A stretch of 64,000 bases of DNA from Asterias rubens (taxonomy: Eukaryota). The position numbers and the translations under genes are program-made. Positions within the stretch are counted from its first letter, which is position 1. Each line of letters opens with the position of its first letter. Below, piece after piece: positions 59,901-64,000 of this stretch. The stretch lies in the NCBI RefSeq assembly GCF_902459465.1, contig NC_047081.1:11594001-11658000 (forward strand), written 5' to 3'. The notes beneath the pieces are model-generated. The model saw only the letters and a program-made list of their open reading frames with translations, was not told the origin of the DNA and made no database searches.

Positions 59901-62900
59901 CTGAAACTTCCTTCCTGAGTTCTTATTTACCCAATTTAAGGAAAATGTGTTTACACGCGCTAAAATTGTGCGTGGTTTTTCACTACTTTATTTTCTCCTT
60001 ATTTCGAGGACTGTTGTCTTACACCTTGAAAGTCACTGGACACTATTGGTAAATGTCAAAGACCAGTCTTCTCACTTGCTGTATCTCAATATATATATGC
60101 ATAAAATAACAAACCTGTGAAAATTTGAGCTCAATTTTTGAAAGAAAAACACCCTTGTCACATGAAATGTGTGCTTTCAGATGCTTGATTTTGAGACCTC
60201 AAATTCTAAATCTGAGGTCTCGAAATCAAATTCGTGGAAAAACACTTCTTTCTCGAAAACTATGTATTTTCAGAGGGAGTTGTTTCTCACAATGTTTAAT
60301 ACTATCAACATCTCCCCATTACTCATTACCAAGACAGGTTTTATGCAGTGTCCACTGCCTTTAATATAAGCTCTGCAAGGTAAACCACCACATCTCTGCA
60401 CCAGACCCTGGGGTGCCCATTACATGTAGTTAATTAAAACAAAATACAAGGAGACAAGATAAACAAATCAATGATGTTTTCGTTCTCAGCTCCGGCAAGA
60501 AAAACACCAGCTGGAGAGAACCCTGGAGCAGGAGCAAGAATACCAGGTCAACAAATTAATGAGAAAGATCGAGAGACTTGAGAACGATACCGTCTCAAAA
60601 CAGAAGAAACTCGAAGAGGTAATAAGAAGAGAGCGTTGTTTTTCTTAAGTAAGTTAGGTTTTGCGGTGACACCATGTAAGAAATCTCTTTTTTAGTAGTG
60701 CTGGCTCTGAGAAGAGCTGTTTTTTTTTCTCTCCTTAAATTGAAGGTTGTCGGACACACTGCCAAATGTAATAAATGTAGAAGCAACTCAAGGTGAGGGC
60801 TATTTATACATAGTTTGATAGTCAAGTTAATACTAGATGCTAATGGAATCCCTAAATCCAGGGTAGTTGTATTAGAAATTTAATATAAGGTCAGGTTAAA
60901 GGAGTGTTGGCTTGGATATCGGGTAAAAACGTTATCATGAATTGTTGGACTGATCTGACATGGGTTGACCGAATCATGACCTAATCGAAGCCTCACCTAA
61001 ATCAAGTCTAGGTTGTTGACTTAAAAGTTTGGCACAACTCAACCTGACCTAACCCCTTTAAAAAAACGATCAGAATTGACTCCACCTGGTCCCTACCAAA
61101 GCTGACCTCAATCAAATGATAATGCATTCTTACCTGATATGACCATAACAGACCTCAATCTTATCAGACTGACCTGACCTGACCTGACCCAACCTGGTCT
61201 AACCAAACCTAACCTGACTTTACCCTGACATTACCTGACTCTACTTAACCTGACCCGACCTGATCTATCAACCCAACCTGACCTACATATAGGGCCTGAA
61301 CTGGACAGACCTGACCTAACTTGACCTGACCCAGACTGGTCTTATCGAACCCCACATTACCCGACTTTTCCAAACCTGATCTGACCTGATCTGACCTGAC
61401 CTGACCTGACCTGACCTGACCTGACCTGACCTGACCTAACCTGACCTGACCTGACCCAATTGCTGGAATATGACCCATTCAGTAATGCCATGTATTTTTC
61501 CATGCAGATGGTTCTGCCATCCTGCCTCTACACTACATCTAAAATCCCCTTAGTGTCATCATTTTATTTTAATGTGAGTAACTTTGCATGGATTGATGCA
61601 CTGTTCTCCCTCAATGTCTTCATCGTTGGTCTTAGAAAACAAAACTCCCAAATGTTCTGTGGATTCTTGTTTTTCATGTCTAAGTCCAGTTTTGTATGTT
61701 TTAGTGAGTAACCGTACTGCCTCTTTACAAGCCTGGACTTTCATCTTTGAGAGGTCGAAGCCATTTTCATTTTGCTAAGTTAGGACGGGTTACTCGTCCC
61801 GTCCTAACTTGAGATAGGATTAATCCTAGCGCTTCATGAAATTCGCTGTAAGGGAAACAAGACCTCCATGGCCTCTGTAGTTCCAGGCTGGTCTTTATTA
61901 TTCACTGCTTCCATATCACTGCCAACTATTTGTTTATGATGGGAGTAAGTCCAATACTTCAGATTCCTGTTATTGTTTTTCGCTAAAAGAACACAAAATT
62001 ATTCGAATACATGTAGATGTTAAATCGTTTACAGTACCCGCTGCCAAAACATAGGGTTCGAACTGCCTTTAGCCACCGGGCAATCTCGGTGGTCTAGTTG
62101 GTATGACACTGCTCTAGAATTGCAAAGGTCGTGGGTTCGAATCCCACCCGAGTAATATGCAGAACTTGAGTAAGTACTGAGTATACAATGCTAACACACA
62201 TCGGTGTTTATGGGTAAAAAAACAAAATTAATATTCATTTTATTCTGCACTTGTGTCCTACCCGCTGGTGTAATGAGGAGAACATCTCCAAGTCATATTT
62301 TAACTTAAACTAACAACTTTTTTTATTGTTGTCTCGCAGTTGAGAAGAGAGAAAGTTGATCTTGAGAACTGTCTTGAGCAAGAGCAGGAGGCATTAGTGA
62401 ACAGACTGTGGAAGAGGATGGACAGACTAGAGGCTGAGAAAAGGTGAGTCCCTTAAGATCTTACAAACATCTTACCTTGAACCACGCCCAAATCCATGAT
62501 TTGTCATCATGACATGAAGTCCCTTTATTTCCAGATTGTTGTCACTGAGCACATAAAGAAAACTGAAATCAGCTGATAAAGTTTACTTGTGTATGACTGC
62601 ACTTTTGTATCTACTGTCTTTATTTCAATGCATTTTTACTTTTGTATCTACTGTCTTTATTTCAATGCATTTTTACTGTTGTATCTACTGTCTTTATTTC
62701 AATGCATTTTTACTGTTGTATCTACTGTCTTTATTTCAATGCATTTTTACTGTTGTATCTACTGTCTTTATTTCAATGCATTTTTACTGTTGTATCTACT
62801 GTCTTTATTTCAATGCATTTTTACTGTTGTATCTACTGTCTTTATTTCAATGCATTTTTACTGTTGTATCTACTGTCTTTATTTCAATGCATTTTTACTG

Positions 62901-63817
62901 TTGTATCTACTGTCTTTATTTCAATGCATTTTTACTGTTGTATCTATTGTCTTTATTTCATTGCATTTTACTGTTGTACTGTCTTTGTGTCAATGCATTT
63001 TTTAATGTTGTATCTACTGTCTTTATTGCAATGTTTTTGCATATTTTACTGTTGCACATGTATTAACTGCATGTTTACTGTTGTACATATCTACTGCTTT
63101 TATGTTTAATGCATTTTCACTGTTGTATCCACTATCTTTATTGCAGTGCATTTTTACTGTTGTATCTACTATCTTTATTGCATTGCATTTTTACTGTTGT
63201 ATCTACTGTCCTCATGTCAAAGCATTTTTACTGTTGTTTCTACTGTCTTTATTGCAATGTATTTTTAATGTTGTATCTACTGCCTTTATGTCAATGCATT
63301 TTTACTGTTTTTTTGGTTTTTTTTAATCCTTTAATTAACACTTAGAGGTTTAAATTTTTTAATTTATCTTTTTCCCCTTTTACTCTTTTTAATATTTATT
63401 TTTTTTATTTTTAGGTTTGGTGTCCTTTTTGGGCTTAAATTTTTTTATAGTTTAGTTTGAGGCCTACTTTACTCTGTAACTATTTGCTTTTTTTATGTGG
63501 CTAAGAATTTTAGGCCTATTTTACTCTGTCTCAGGGGGAAAAGTTACTGATGGGGCTACCCCATAGTTAGTTTTCCACCAAACATTGTAGTGTCCACGTT
63601 ACAACATTTTCCAGAACATGCGTTACAAATAATTTTTCAATCATCACTTTTATTAACAGAATGCTTCAAGAAAAGCTGGACGAGCCAGTGTCTGCTCCAG
63701 CCTCACCAAGGGAAATCAAAAACGGGAACACAACAGAAAACTTGTCGATTTACGTCGACCAGCTACGCAGTGAGGTCAGGAAACTTAAAGGTCAACTAAT
63801 GTCATCGCAGATGGAAC
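47983..63817 (+). CDS. CCDC6: Coiled-coil domain-containing protein 6, 5' partial (exons 1-5; gene continues past the window)
   Basis: Exons 47983-48201, 59671-59820, 60490-60618, 62340-62443, 63660-63817. Sequences [77 protein letters not shown] and [16 protein letters not shown] match CCDC6. The start could be ATG 47992. Confidence 0.93.
48317..48448. mobile_element. Family B MITE (CCDC6 intron 1)
   Basis: Near-identical to 17201-17332. Confidence 0.85.
49177..49262. mobile_element. Small palindromic MITE (CTAGACCCAGT termini)
   Basis: CTAGACCCAGTGGCTGGGG ... GCCCCAGTCACTGGGTCTA; related copy at ~36545-36640. Confidence 0.6.
52106..52375. mobile_element. TTAA-flanked element, family C
   Basis: TTAAAGTATTTGGGTAC ... 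GTACATGTCCCTTTAA; interior similar to ~21596-21740 and 58290-58516. Confidence 0.6.
55048..55177. mobile_element. Family F MITE, right portion
   Basis: Matches 23861-24074 closely; ends AATTGGGCC|CAG. Confidence 0.75.
55392..55505 (+). mobile_element. Decayed 3' fragment of an L2/CR1-clade LINE
   Basis: Frameshifted FGDNVVS...[15 protein letters not shown], resembling FGDRAFS...FK..LKTHL. Confidence 0.45.
57760..57960 (-). mobile_element. Possible highly decayed LINE RT fragment
   Basis: On -, PKNPGVIF resembles the KNLGVIFD motif; multiple stops. Confidence 0.25.
58290..58886. mobile_element. Family C piece (58290-58516) abutting a long-TIR TTAA element, family D (58513-58886), at a shared TTAA
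   Basis: ...CCAATGGCT|TTAA|AGGAACACGTTGC.... The ~45-bp left TIR matches ACGCTTTTCAAAGACCAACTCGACTGATCCAAGGCAA near 58850-58886. Internal palindrome GGGAGTCAAATTTTTGACTCCC. Confidence 0.7.
60026..60364. mobile_element. Family A MITE
   Basis: Degenerate left TIR (TTGAAAGTCACTGGACACTATTGG), intact right TIR GTGTCCACTGCCTTTAA, shared interior. A short fragment also lies at 26919-26970. Confidence 0.8.
61150..61458. repeat. (GACCT)n pentanucleotide repeat, purest at ~61378-61455
   Basis: Seen directly; degenerate flanking copies extend to ~60950. Confidence 0.9.
62083..62220 (+). mobile_element. tRNA-derived SINE head (third family)
   Basis: A-box TGGTCTAGTTGG and T-arm GTGGG-TTCGAAT-CCCAC, but broken acceptor and anticodon stems. 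Confidence 0.6.
62600..63305. repeat. 37-bp minisatellite, ~19 copies
   Basis: GTATCTACTGTCTTTATTTCAATGCATTTTTACTGTT, period 37 (62607, 62644, 62681, 62718...), degenerating towards the 3' side. Confidence 0.95.
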
Positions 63818-64000
63818 GTAAGGAAAATGGCAACAATTAGGGGAGAGAGAGAACAAAATTTGTGTTATAATTTTATTTATATTTAGGTTGACATTTATGT
63901 GATCCTGTTTCAGCAGTGAAACCAATGAAGACGTACATGTACCTTGCTCTCTGGCATGACTGTTGACTACAGGCCTGGATTTACACAGTGGCCACACACA

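Noticed and set aside
61245-61478. GQVRS repeat protein
   Set aside because: Translation of the (GACCT)n microsatellite.
62083-62155. tRNA-Ser(AGA) gene
   Set aside because: Acceptor stem pairs only 5/7, the anticodon stem is broken, there is no long variable arm, and it continues into a SINE-like body.
62587-63345. Long hydrophobic ORFs (138-159 aa) in three frames
   Set aside because: Artefacts of the stop-free 37-bp minisatellite inside CCDC6 intron 4.

Overview
This is intron-rich metazoan genomic DNA, not prokaryotic. It is most likely an echinoderm such as a sea star; that is inferred from the gene models, the U1 sequence and the repeat style, not from a database search. Hand splicing gives five protein-coding genes, all on +. 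These are two tandem, divergent TRPC-like cation channels (5474-16084, 15 coding exons, ~954 aa; 18147-29791, 16 coding exons, ~1223 aa), FUT10-like fucosyltransferase (35992-38988), SLC25A16 mitochondrial carrier (41102-46055) and the first five coding exons of CCDC6 (47983-63817, continuing off-window). A complete U1 snRNA gene with PSE, octamers and 3' box lies on - at 35326-35487. Introns and intergenic DNA carry many MITEs (TTAA/Kolobok-type, CWG/Harbinger-type, 8- and 9-bp-TSD types), tRNA-head SINEs, L2/CR1-like LINE tails and tandem repeats. The most unusual structure is a ~4.3-kb module (31497-35842). Its arms are inverted, similarly organised units (CTCF-like site, GTCTACA motif array, short exon with splice donor, pointing inward), with the U1 gene embedded in the right arm only. 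Both TRPC paralogs lack the canonical Zn-binding motif and share a greatly expanded S3-S4 loop starting with a furin-consensus site. All gene models and alignments were made by eye and need RNA-seq and database confirmation.
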